Source: Macrostomum lignano (lineage: Eukaryota). From it: a stretch of DNA of 64,000 nucleotides. Positions 14,203 through 26,200 of this stretch are shown here, piece after piece. The notes beneath the pieces are model-generated. The model was not told the DNA's origin and made no database searches. It was given only the letters and a program-made list of their open reading frames with translations. The stretch is from the NCBI GenBank assembly GCA_002269645.1, contig NIVC01003687.1, forward strand, positions 1 to 64,000, read 5' to 3'. Every line of letters starts with the position of its first letter. Positions within the stretch are counted from its first letter, which is position 1. A program made the translations under genes and the position numbers.

Positions 14203-17200
14203 CTATTCGTTATCGTCGCCGTCCATCAGCGCCGCCGAGAAGGCCGCAGCAGCCGCGGCCACCACCGCGGAATCGCGCGCCCCGCCGTCGCCAGCCGTTG
14301 AAATGGTGCGCCGCTTGTTCCGGTCGTGCTGCAGGCCGCGGCGACGAGCTGCGCCACCGCTGCCACCGCCGCCGCCGCTGGTGCCGCCGCTGCTTGGCAC
14401 GTACATCGAGCGCGACATCAGCGAGGAGCCGGCAGCGGAGTCGCTGTCTTCCGCCCCGCTGCTGCCGCCGCCGCGGCCCTCGGGCCCGGAGAAGGCCGGC
14501 CCGCCGCCCAGGGTTGAAAAGCCTCGCGGAGAAGTCACCGACAAGCTTCTAAATTTGGAAACGGGTGGTAAAATTTTGGGGAATCCAATCAGCCAGCATC
14601 AGTTGAAGGAGGCAGTCAACTAGACCCAACTAACCAATTTCACAATGCATCAATGGTTAATAAGTGCTCACAAGTCCGCCATGCTCTGGGCCCGCTCGAT
14701 GGACTCAAGTTTGAACTTCAACTCGTCATAATTCATGCTGATCTTGCTTTTGGCCTTGTTCTCCTGGTCCAGCCGCTTCACCAGCTGCTGGTAGCGATCG
14801 TGCAGGCTCCTGCGAGCGGCAGAGTCGGGTTGCTCAACTGCTGGCAGACCTGATGGCCTCTTCCGCCATGCACTAAGCCTACCCAGGCTCCTCTCATCTG
14901 ATTCCAGACCCTCGCAGACCTCCCCCACCCTCTCCCAGGTCTTCCCCACCCTCTAACAGAACTCCCCCACCCTCTCCCACGCCTTCCCTACCATCGCCCA
15001 GAACTCCCCCACCCTCTCCCAGACCTTCACCACCCTCTCCCAGACCTTCCCCACCCTCTCCCAGGTCTTCCCCACCCTCTAACAGAACTCCCCCACCCTC
15101 TCACACGCCTTCCCTACCATCGCCCAGAACTCCCCCACCCTCTCCCAGACCTTCACCACCCTCTCCCAGACCTTCCCCACCCTCTCCCAGGTCTTCCCCA
15201 CCCTCTAACAGAACTCCCCCACCCTCTCCCAGACCTTCACCACCCTCTCCCAGGTCTTCCCCACCCTCTAACAGAACTCCACCACCCTCTCACACGCCTT
15301 CCCTACCATCGCCCAGAACTCCCCCACCCTCTCCCAGACCTTCCCCACCCTCTCCCAGACTTTCACCACCCTCTCCCAGACCTTCCCCACCCTCTTCCAG
15401 ACCTTCCCCACTATCTGCATCTTCACCACCCTCGAGAGACTTCCCATCCTACCCTCCCTTCCCCATCCTACCCTCCCTTCCCCATCCTACCCTCCCTTCC
15501 CCATCCTACCCTCCCTTCCCCATCCTACCCTCCCTTCCCCATCCTACCCTCCCTTCCCCATCCTACCCTCCCTTCCCCATCCTACCCTCCCTTCCCCATC
15601 CTACCCTCCCTTCCCCATCCTACCCTCCCTTCCCCATCCTACCACCCCATTCCCCATCCTCACTTCTCATTCTCGGTCTTCTGCGCGACGACGGCCTCCA
15701 GGTTCTCCAGCCGGCGCTGCAGCAGGGCGTTCCGCTCCCGCGTGTCCCGCAGTGCCTGCAGTTTCTCGTCCGATTCGGCGAGGCGGCGCCTCAAATCCGC
15801 CAGCTCGGCGTTGCGGAGCTCCAGCATCGAGCTCAGCGAGCTGATCTCGTCTGGCAGGTGGCGGCGACTCGACTGGGAGGGATGAGAGTGGGGATAATTA
15901 TGGATTTGGTCAGGCTGGGAATCAGTTTGGTCAGGTTGGGGATCAGTTTGGTCAGGTTGGGAATCAGTTTGGTCAGGCTGGGGATCAGTTTGGTCAGGTT
16001 GAGGATCAGTTTGGTCAGGTTGGGAATCAGTTTGGTCAGGTTGGGAATCAGTTTGGTCAGGTTGGGGATAAGTTTGGTCAGGCTGGGAATCAGTTTGGTC
16101 AGGTTGAGGATCAGTTTGGTCAGGCTGGGAATCAGTTTGGTCAGGCTGGGGATAAGTTTGGTCAGGCTGGGAATCAGTTTGGTCAGGCTGGGAATCAGTT
16201 TGGTCAGGCTGGGAATCAGTTTGGTCAGGCTGGGAATCAGTTTGGTCAGGCTGGGAATCAGTTTGGTCAGGCTGGGAATCAGTTTGGTCAGGCTGGGAAT
16301 CAGTTTGGTCAGGCTGGGAATCAGTTTGGTCAGGCTGGGAATCAGTTTGGTCAGGCTGGGGATAAGTTTGGGGATCAGTTTGGTCAGGTTGGGGGATCAG
16401 TTTGGTCAGGTTGGGAATCAGTTTGGTCAGGTTGGTGATAAGTTTGGGGATCAGTTTGGTCAGGTTGGGGATCAGTTTGGTCAGGCTGGGGATAAGTTTG
16501 GGGATCAGTTTGGTCAGGTTGGGGATCAGTTTGGTCAGGCTGGGGATAAGTTTGGGGATCAGTTTGGTCAGGTTGGGAATCAGTTTGGTCAGGTTGGGAA
16601 TCAGTTTGGTCAGGCTGGGAATCAGTTTGGTCAGGTTGGGGATCAGTTTGGTCAGGTTGAGGATCAGTTTGGTCAGGTTGGGAATCAGTTTGGTCAGGCT
16701 GGGAATCAGTTTGGTCAGGTTGGGAATCAGTTTGGTCAGGTTGGGAATCAGTTTGGTCAGGTTGGGAATTAGTTTGGTCAGGTTGGGGGATCAGTTTGGT
16801 CAGGTTGGGAATCAGTTTGGTCAGGTTGGGAATCAGTTTGGTCAGGTTGGGAATCAGTTTGGTCAGGTTGGGGGATCAGTTTGGTCAGGTTGGGAATCAG
16901 TTTGGTCAGGTTGGGGATCAGTTTGGTCAGGCTGGGAATCAGTTTGCAGGTTGGGAATCAGTTTGGTCAGGTTGGGGATCAGTTTGGTCAGGCTGGGAAT
17001 CAGTTTGGTCAGGCTGGGAATCAGTTTGGTCAGGCTGGGGATCAGTTTGGTCAGGCTGGGGATAAGTTTGGGGATCAGTTTGGTCAGGTTGAGGATCAGT
17101 TTGGTCAGGCTGGGGATAAGTTTGGGGATCAGTTTGGTCAGGTTGGGAATCAGTTTGGTCAGGCTGCGAATCAGTTTGGTCAGGTTGGGGATCAGTTTGG

Positions 17201-20200
17201 TCAGGTTGGGGGATCAGTTTGGTCAGGTTGGGAATCAGTTTGGTCAGGTTGGGGATCAGTTTGGTCAGGCTGGGAATCAGTTTGCAGGTTGGGAATCAGT
17301 TTGGTCAGGTTGGGGATCAGTTTGGTCAGGCTGGGGATCAGTTTGGTCAGGCTGGGAATCAGTTTGGTCAGGCTGGGGATCAGTTTGGTCAGGCTGGGGA
17401 TAAGTTTGGGGATCAGTTTGGTCAGGTTGGGGATCAGTTTGGTCAGGCTGGGGATAAGTTTGGGGATCAGTTTGGTCAGGTTGGGAATCAGTTTGGTCAG
17501 GTTGGGAATCAGTTTGGTCAGGCTGGGAATCAGTTTGGTCAGGTTGGGGATCAGTTTGGTCAGGTTGGGGATCAGTTTGGTCAGGTTGGGAATCAGTTTG
17601 GTCAGGCTGGGAATCAGTTTGCAGGTTGGGAATCAGTTTGGTCAGGTTGGGAATCAGTTTGGTCAGGTTGGGAATCAGTTTGGTCAGGTTGGGGGATCAG
17701 TTTGGTCAGGTTGGGAATCAGTTTGGTCAGGTTGGGGGATCAGTTTGGTCAGGTTGGGAATCAGTTTGGTCAGGTTGGGAATCAGTTTGGTCAGGTTGGG
17801 AATCAGTTTGCAGGTTGGGGATCAGTTAGTCAGGCTGGGGATCAGTTTGGTCAGGTTGGGAATCAGTTTGGTCAGGTTGGGGGATCAGTTTGGTCAGGTT
17901 GGGAATCAGTTTGGTCAGGTTGGGGGATCAGTTTGGTCAGGTTGGGAATCAGTTTGGTCAGGTTGGGGGATCAGTTTGGTCAGGCTGGGGATCAGTTTGG
18001 TCAGGCATGAAAATTCTGCTTAATTCTGCTTAAAAATCTGCTTTTTATATTACTGTAAGTAAAAATGATGGAACATTTTTGTTTCAGAAGAATGAAAATA
18101 TTCAGACCTGCCCTGTGCTGTCCTCAGGCAGCGAGGCGAACTGCGCATGCAGCAGCTGCAGGTTGCCCGGCGACACGACTCGATCGTCGTGCGACACGGT
18201 GGAGGACGGACTGGCGCACGCCTCGCCTGAGCTCGTTGAATTTGGCCGGAACGGCGACTCCCCGTCTGGCGACTGGGAAATGGGATTGCGGATTGGGATT
18301 TGAGGGAAGGGGCGAAATGGGTAACGGTATTTATTCTTGGTGGCGGCGTTGGAGACCTAAGGAAGGGAAATTGAGGATGGGGAAGTGGGGATGGGGAAGT
18401 GGGGATGGGGAAGTGGGGATGGGGAAGTGGGGATGGGAAAGTGGGGGTTGGGGAAGTAGGGATGGGGAAGTGGGGATTGGGGAAGTGGGGATGGGAAAGT
18501 GGGGATGGGAAAGTGGGGATGGAAAATGTGGCGATGGGGAAGTGGGGATGGAAAAGTGGGGATGGGAAAGTGGGGATTGGGGAAGTAGGGATGGGGAAGT
18601 GGAGATGGGGAAGCGGGGATGGGGAAGTGGGGATGAGGAAGTGGGGATGGAAAATGTGGCGATGGGGAAGTGGGGATGGGGAAGTGGGGATGGGGAAGTG
18701 GGGATGGGGAAGTGAGGATGGGAAGTGGGGATGGGAAGTGGGGATATGGGAATGGCAAACAGACCTTGGCATCTGAGCTGTCGCTGAAGCCACTCCTTAT
18801 CTTGAGCTCAGCGTAGGCGGCCTGCAAATCCTGCAGCTTTTTCTGAAAGAAGCAGATTAGTGACAGATTAGTGACAGATTAGTGACAGATTAGTGACAGA
18901 TTAGTGACAGATTAGTGACAGATTAGTGACAGATTAGTGACAGATTAGTGACATATTCAGATTAGTGACATATTCAGATTAGTGACAGATTCAGATTAGT
19001 GACAGATTCAGATTAGTGACAGATTCAGATTAGTGACAGATTAGTGACAGATTAGTGACCGATTAGTTACAGCTGAGTCCACAACTCGATTATGCGGCAG
19101 GAAAATCGATCAGCAGCTTACGGTGAGGTGCGACTTCATGGCGTCAAATCGAACGCCGAGCTCGCGGACTTTGGCCTCGTGTTGGCGCTGCAGATCTGCG
19201 GGCGAGAGGCGAGAGGGAGGGGTAGATAGAGAGGGAGATTTGGACTGAGAGGATCAGGGAGACAGAGAGGAAGATGAGAAACAGAGAAGGCAGAGAGGGA
19301 GAGAAAAAGGGAGACAGAGAAGTAGGCAGAGAGGGAGACACAGAGGTTGAAAGAGGGAGAGAGGGAGACAGAGAGACAGAGAGGGAGACAGAGGGAGACA
19401 GAGAGGGAGACAGAGGGAGAGAGGGAGACAGAGAGACAGAGAGGGAGACAGAGGGAGAGAGGGAGACAAAGGGAGAGAGGGAGACAGAGGGAGAGAGGGA
19501 GAAAGGGAGACAGAGGGAGAGAGGGAGACAGAGAGGGAGACAGAGAGGGAGACAGAGAGAGGCAGAGAGGGAGACAGAGGGAGGCAGAGAGGGAGACAGA
19601 GGGAGGCAGAGAGGGAGACAGAGGGAGAGAGGGAGACAGAGGGAGAGAGGGAGAAAGGGAGACAGAGGGAGAGAGGGAGACAGAGGGAGAGAGGGAGACA
19701 GAGGGAGAGAGGGAAAAAGGGAGACAGAGGGAGAGAGGGAGACAGAGGGAGAGAGGGAGACAGAGGGAGAGAGGGAGAAAGGGAGACAGAGGGAGAGAGG
19801 GAGACAGAGAGGGAGACAGAGAGGGAGACAGAGGGAGAGAGGGAGACAGAGGGAGGCAGAGAGGGAGACAGAGGGAGGCAGAGAGGGAGACAGAGGGAGA
19901 CAGAAGGAGACAGAGAGGGAGACAGAGGGAGAGAGGGAGACAGAGGGAGGCAGAGAGGGAGAGAGAGGGAGACAGAGGGAGACAGAGAGGGAGACAGAGG
20001 GAGACAGAGAGGAGAGGGAGACAGAGGGAGGCAGAGAGGGAGAGAGAGGGAGACAGAGAGGGAGAGAGAGGGAGACAGAGGGAGACAGAGAGGAGAGGGA
20101 GACAGAGGGAGGCAGAGAGGGAGAGAGAGGGAGACAGAGGGAGACAGAGAGGGAGACAGAGGGAGACAGAGAGGAGAGGGAGACAGAGGGAGACAGAGAG

Positions 20201-23200
20201 GGAGACAGAGGGAGACAGAGAGGAGAGGGAGACAGAGGGAGGCAGAGAGGGAGAGAGAGGGAGACAGAGGGAGACAGAGAGGGAGACAGAGGGAGACAGA
20301 GAGGAGAGGGAGACAGAGGGAGACAGAGAGGGAGACAGAGGGAGACAGAGAGGAGAGGGAGACAGAGGGAGGCAGAGAGGGAGAGAGAGGGAGACAGAGA
20401 GGGAGACAGAGAGGGAGACAGAGAGGGAGACAGAGAGGGAGATAGAGAGGGAGACAGAGAGGGAGACAGAGAGGGAGACAGAGAGGGAGACAGAGAGGGA
20501 GACAGAAAGGGAGATAGAGAGGGAGACAGAGAGGGAGAGAGAGGGAGACAGAGGGAGACAGAGAGGAGAGGGAGACAGAGGGAGACAGAGAGGGAGACAG
20601 AGAGGGAGACAGAAAGGGAGATAGAGAGGGAGACAGAGAGGAGAGGGAGACAGAGGGAGGCAGAGAGGGAGAGAGAGGGAGACAGAGGGAGACAGAGAGG
20701 GAGACAGAGGGAGACAGAGAGGAGAGGGAGACAGAGGGAGGCAGAGAGGGAGAGAGAGGGAGACAGAGAGGGAGACAGAGAGGGAGACAGAGAGGGAGAC
20801 AGAGAGGGAGATAGAGAGGGAGACAGAGAGGGAGACAGAGAGGGAGACAGAGAGGGAGACAGAAAGGGAGATAGAGAGGGAGACAGAGAGGGAGACAGAG
20901 AGGGAGATAGAGAGGGAGACAGAGGGAGACAGAGAGGGAGACAGAGGGAGACAGAGAGGGAGACAGAGAGGGAGACAGAGAGGGAGACAGAGAGGGAGAT
21001 AGAGAGGGAGACAGAGAGGGAGACAGAGAGGGAGACAGAGAGGGAGACAGAAAGGGAGATAGAGAGGGAGACAGAGAGGGAGACAGAGAGGGAGATAGAG
21101 AGGGAGACAGAGGGAGACAGAGAGGGAGACAGAGGGAGACAGAGAGGGAGACAGAGGGAGGCAGAGAGGGAGATAGAGGGAGACAGAGAGGGAGACAGAG
21201 AGGGAGACAGAGAGGGAGATAGAGAGGGAGATAGAGAGGGAGACAGAGGGAGACAGAGAGGGAGACAGAGGGAGACAGAGAGGGAGACAGAGAGGGAGAC
21301 AGAGAGGGAGATAGAGAGGGAGACAAAGGGAGACAGAGAGGGAGACAGAGAGGGAGACAGAGAGGGAGATAGAGAGGGAGACAGAGGGAGACAGAGAGGG
21401 AGACAGAGGGAGACAGAGAGGGAGACAGAGGGAGGCAGAGAGGGAGATAGAGGGAGACAGAGAGGGAGACAGAGGGAGACAGAGAGGGAGACAGAGGGAG
21501 ACAGAGAGGGAGACAGAGAGGGAGACAGAGAGGGAGACAGAGAGGGAGATAGAGAGGGAGACAGAGAGGGAGACAGAGAGGGAGATAGAGAGGGAGACAG
21601 AGGGAGACAGAGAGGGAGACAGAGGGAGACAGAGAGGGAGACAGAGGGAGACAGAGAGGGAGACAGAGGGAGGCAGAGAGGGAGATAGAGGGAGACAGAG
21701 AGGGAGACAGAGGGAGACAGAGAGGGAGACAGAGGGAGACAGAGAGGGAGACAGAGAGGGAGACAGAGAGGGAGATAGAGAGGGAGACAGAGAGGGAGAC
21801 AGAGAGGGAGACAGAAAGGGAGATAGAGAGGGAGACAGAGAGGGAGACAGAGAGGGAGATAGAGAGGGAGACAGAGGGAGACAGAGAGGGAGACAGAGGG
21901 AGACAGAGAGGGAGACAGAGGGAGACAGAGAGGGAGACAGGTGTGAGTGAGAAGTCCAGTTAGCCACAGCAAGCCAGATTTTGGATTCAATGTGCGCAAG
22001 CTAGGGGGGGGGGTGGCAAAGTAGTATCCCAGAGGCAGATGTCAGTCAGTGCGGACACCTTGCTCCAGCTCTGCCAGCTGCCGCTGCGCAGCCGCCAGTT
22101 CTTCATCGTGCCGTTGTCGCTCCTCGTCGAGCTCGTCCTGCCGGGACTCCGCAACCGCCGACAGCTGCAAGCGGGGCGGCAGTGGGGGGTCAGGCCGGGG
22201 GTCAGTCATTAAGCGCAGTGCCGGAGGGGGGCTACCAGCAGGTGATGGCTAATGAGTTTAATCTCACACTGTCAAACAGTTAGCGGCAAACGGTTCGGTT
22301 AGAAAACTGGCTCATTAATTATGATAATTAGTTAACCTTCCATGGCCAGGCGGTGCTGCAGTTTGCACTGTTCAAGCCGCTTGTCCGTGACTTTCTCCGA
22401 GGCCGTCTGGTGCGCGTCGTCCACGCTGGACCGGTGCCTCAGCTGGCGGCGGGTGGCGGCCAGTGCGATGGGGCCTCTGAGCCGCTGTCTGTTCCCCATC
22501 TGCCCTTCGCTTGCCTTCCTGACCGATTCTGACTTTCTTGTCTCCCGCTCTCCCTCCCTCTCTGTCTCCCTCCCCATCTCCCCCTCTTTCCCCTCTGTCT
22601 CCCTCTCTGTCTCCCTCTGTGTCTCCCTCCCGATCTCCCCCTCTGTCCCCTCTGTCTCCCTCTCTGTCTCCCTCTCTGTTTCCCTCACTGTCTCCCTTTC
22701 TGTCTACCTCTCTGTCTCCCTCTCTGTCTCCCTCTCTATCTCCCTCTCTGTCTCCCTCTCTGTCTCCCTCTCTATCTCCCTTTCTGTCTCCCTCTCTGTC
22801 TCCCTCTCTGTCTCCCTCTCTGTCTCCCTCTCTATCTCCCTCTCTGTCTCCCTCTCTGTCTCCCTCTCTGTCTCCCTCTCTGTCTCCCTCTCTATCTCCC
22901 TCTCTGTCTCCCTCTCTATCTCCCTCTCTGTCTCCCTCTCTATCTCCCTCTCTGTCTCCCTCTCTGTCTCCCTCTCTGTCTCCCTCTCTGTCTCCCTCTC
23001 TGTCTCCCTCTCTGTCTCCCTCTCTGTCTCCCTCTCTGTCTCCCTCTCTGTCTCCCTCTCTGTCTCCCTCTCTGTCTCCCTCTCTGTCTCCCTCTCTGTC
23101 TCCCTCTCTGTCTACCTGTCTCCCTCTACTCAGCGCTGACAGCCCCAGCTCACCTGGGCCTGGTGCGTGCTCTCCACAGCCTCCATCTGTTTGCGGTGCT

Positions 23201-26200
23201 GCTCCGCCAGCCGACTCAGCGCCTCGTCCCTCTCCTTCTCGATCATCAGGCGAGTGTTGCGGACCTCCCGGATCTGCGCCTCCCTGGCAGCGGCCAGCTC
23301 AGCCCGCTGGCAGCGGTCCCGCTCCGCCAGGTGTTCGGCGAAGCGACTCCGCGCCTCCGCCTCGCTTGCCTCGGCCGCCTCGGCCCGCCGCCGCTGCCGC
23401 TCCGCCTCCCGGCGCAGCCGAGGAGCCGAAAAGCCGTCCAGCTCGGCCGCCCGGCCGCACACCACCGCCAGGGCGTCGAAGGCCAGAAGGAGACGGCGCT
23501 GCTCTGCCATGGCGGCGTCCAGACTGACCTCCTTGTCCGCCAGCAGCACCTGCGGCGGAGTCCAGGGGATACAGCGTTTGAATTGCAGCCTTTTATGTAG
23601 AGCCTTGCCCATCTTCATCGGAATCCCCAGGTTCCACATCAGAATTGTCAGGTTCCACATTGGAATCCTCAGGTTCCCCATCAGAATCCTCAGGTTCCAC
23701 ATCGGAATCCTCAGGTTCCACATCGGAATCCTCAGGTTCCACATCGGAATCCTCAGGTTCCACATCGGAATCCTCAGGTTCCACATCGGAATCCTCAGGT
23801 TCCACATCGGAATCCTCAGGTTCCACATCGGAATCCTCAGGTTCCACATCGGAATCCTCAGGTTCCACATCGGAATCCTCAGGTTCCACATCGGAATCCT
23901 CAGGTTCCACATCGGAATCCTCAGGTTCCACATCGGAATCCTCAGGTTCCACATCGGAATCCTCAGGTTCCACATCGGAATCCTCAGGTTCCTCATCGGA
24001 ATCCTTAAGTTCCCCATTGGAATCTTCAGGCCCCCATCGTAACTCCAGCCCCACCCCATCCCCAGTCCCACCGCGCCACCGTCACCTGCAGGTCGCAGGC
24101 GGTCTGCTGCACGGAGTCCAGCTGAGCCCTGGCCGATGCGAGCTCCACGATGGTGGGCCGCCGGTGCTGCAGGACGCCTCCGTGATGCTGCTGAGTCAGG
24201 TGATGCTGGGAGCCGCCGGCCGGGGAGCTGCAGCCAGACGAGGCCTTCGAACTGTTGGCGATCGAGCCGCGGCGTCCGGCACTGACGGCCGAAGGAGGCG
24301 GCCGCGCCCGACCAGGGGCTGACGGTGCGGCCTGAGAGGGGTTGGCGGGGCTCTGTGAGGATGCCAGGTGGGATTTGAGTGTCTGCAAGGTAGGTGTGCA
24401 GAGGTGTGCAGAGGTGTGCAGAGTTGTGCAGAGTTGTGCAGAGGTGTGCAGAGGTGTGCAGAGGTGTGCAGAGGTGTGCAGAGGTGTGCAGAGGTGTGCA
24501 GAGTTGTGCAGAGGTGTGCAGAGGTGTGCAGAGGTGTGCAGAAGCGTGCAGAGGTGTGCAGAGGTGTGCAGAGGTGTGCAGAGGTGTGCAGTAGAGGTGT
24601 GCAGAGGTGTGCAGCAGAGGTGTGCAGAGGTGTGCAGAGGTGTGCAGAGTTGTGCAGCAGAGGTGTGCGGAGGTGTGCAGAGGTGTGCAGAGTTGTGCAG
24701 AGGTGTGCAGCAGAGGTGTGCAGAGGTGTGCAGAGTTGTACAGCAGAGGTGTGCGGAGGTGTGCAGAGGTGTGCAGAGGTGTGCAGAGGTGTGCAGCAGA
24801 GGTGTGCAGAGGTGTGCAGAGTTGTACAGCAGAGGTGTGCAGAGTTGTGCAGCAGAGGTGTGCAGAGGTGTGCAGAGGTGTGCAGAGGTGTGCAGAGGTG
24901 TGCAGCAGAGGTGTGCAGAGGTGTACAGGGGAGATTTTAAAAGGTTTGTATAAAATATTTTGACAGAATCAGTTGAAATTACCAATAGGATTTGATGATT
25001 AGCAAATAAGAAAATGTCGCCGAATCTATAAAAACATTTTTACGTTCACGAAATCACGGAACTAGCTACTGATAGCCACTACCACTAGTAGTATGCAGCG
25101 TGCTTGAATATTAATAAAAAAAAATATTTGAGCAAACAGTGAGGACAATGGGAACATAGAAGCTCTCTACCTGGATCGAAGGATAGGTCCCGTTAGTCTA
25201 AAACAGCACCGCCAGAGCTCATAATAAGGTAAGGCAAAAGTTTCACACTGAAAAAATATTCACGCAGAATTTAACAACTCTGACAAACCTTCGACAACTT
25301 TTTAGCGACCCCGGCGGCGCCGCTGCGGCTCGAGGAAGCCACTGACGAAGTTGAGGAGACCGCCGTGACGGGGGAGCCGGTTGCCTTGGCAACCAGACGC
25401 GACTGCTGCGGAACCCCTGACGGCCGAACTGCAGCGGGCATGGGGAATTTTTTGGAGTTTAACAACGGTCTTCAAATAGATTTTTTCGAATTTTCAATTG
25501 GGAAAAAAAGTGGACCTAGCGGGGCTCGAACCCGCGACCTTTGGATTTTAAATCCAACTTTCTAACCAACTGAGACTACAGGCCCGCTGACAAATCGAAA
25601 CTTTTTGTTGCATTTAATTTGACCACTTCATCATAAACTTTTTACTTGGGAATTCCAATCACCAATATAGCTTCAATACGCCAAACTCCTACTGACAGTA
25701 GGAAATGCGCACATTTGCTGTATTACGCCCTGCCAGTTAGATCTATTTTTAGACTGACAGGCTCCGCCTATGCACCGGCTTGCTTTTACGCCGATAAAGT
25801 TTCGCAGAGTGCAATGAACAACCATAGCCAGCTAACTTAAAAAAGTTCATTCTTCTAAAAAATACTCTTGAAATGCTCAGTAAGAAACAAGCGCGATTTC
25901 ATGGATACACTGGGTTGTTTATCCCACTCTTTTTAATCCCCATTTTCCTTGTTATCCAGTCGAAAGTCGCTCACCGCCAGGTCTGGCCAGCGATGACGAG
26001 GCACAGGCAGCTGCCGTCGGGACCGCCCGCTTGACTGCCTGGCTGCCGACCGCCTGAGGCAGCGACTTCAGCTTTGTCGGCGCTGTTGCAGTTGACGGAG
26101 TCGGCAGGGCCGACTGTCGCCTTGACGACGCGGTCGTTGAACTCTTAGTCGCAGCGGCAGACGCGGCGGTGCTGGCGGCGCTGGCAGCTTCGGAGGCCGG

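Noticed and set aside
15858-18023. Long ORFs with LGISLVR / GNQFGQV repeats
   Set aside because: Products of the 21-bp intronic minisatellite, antisense to the host gene.
19136-21999. 900+ aa ORFs (SLSP/RETEG repeats) on both strands
   Set aside because: Translations of a stop-free GA/CT array inside an MTUS-like intron.
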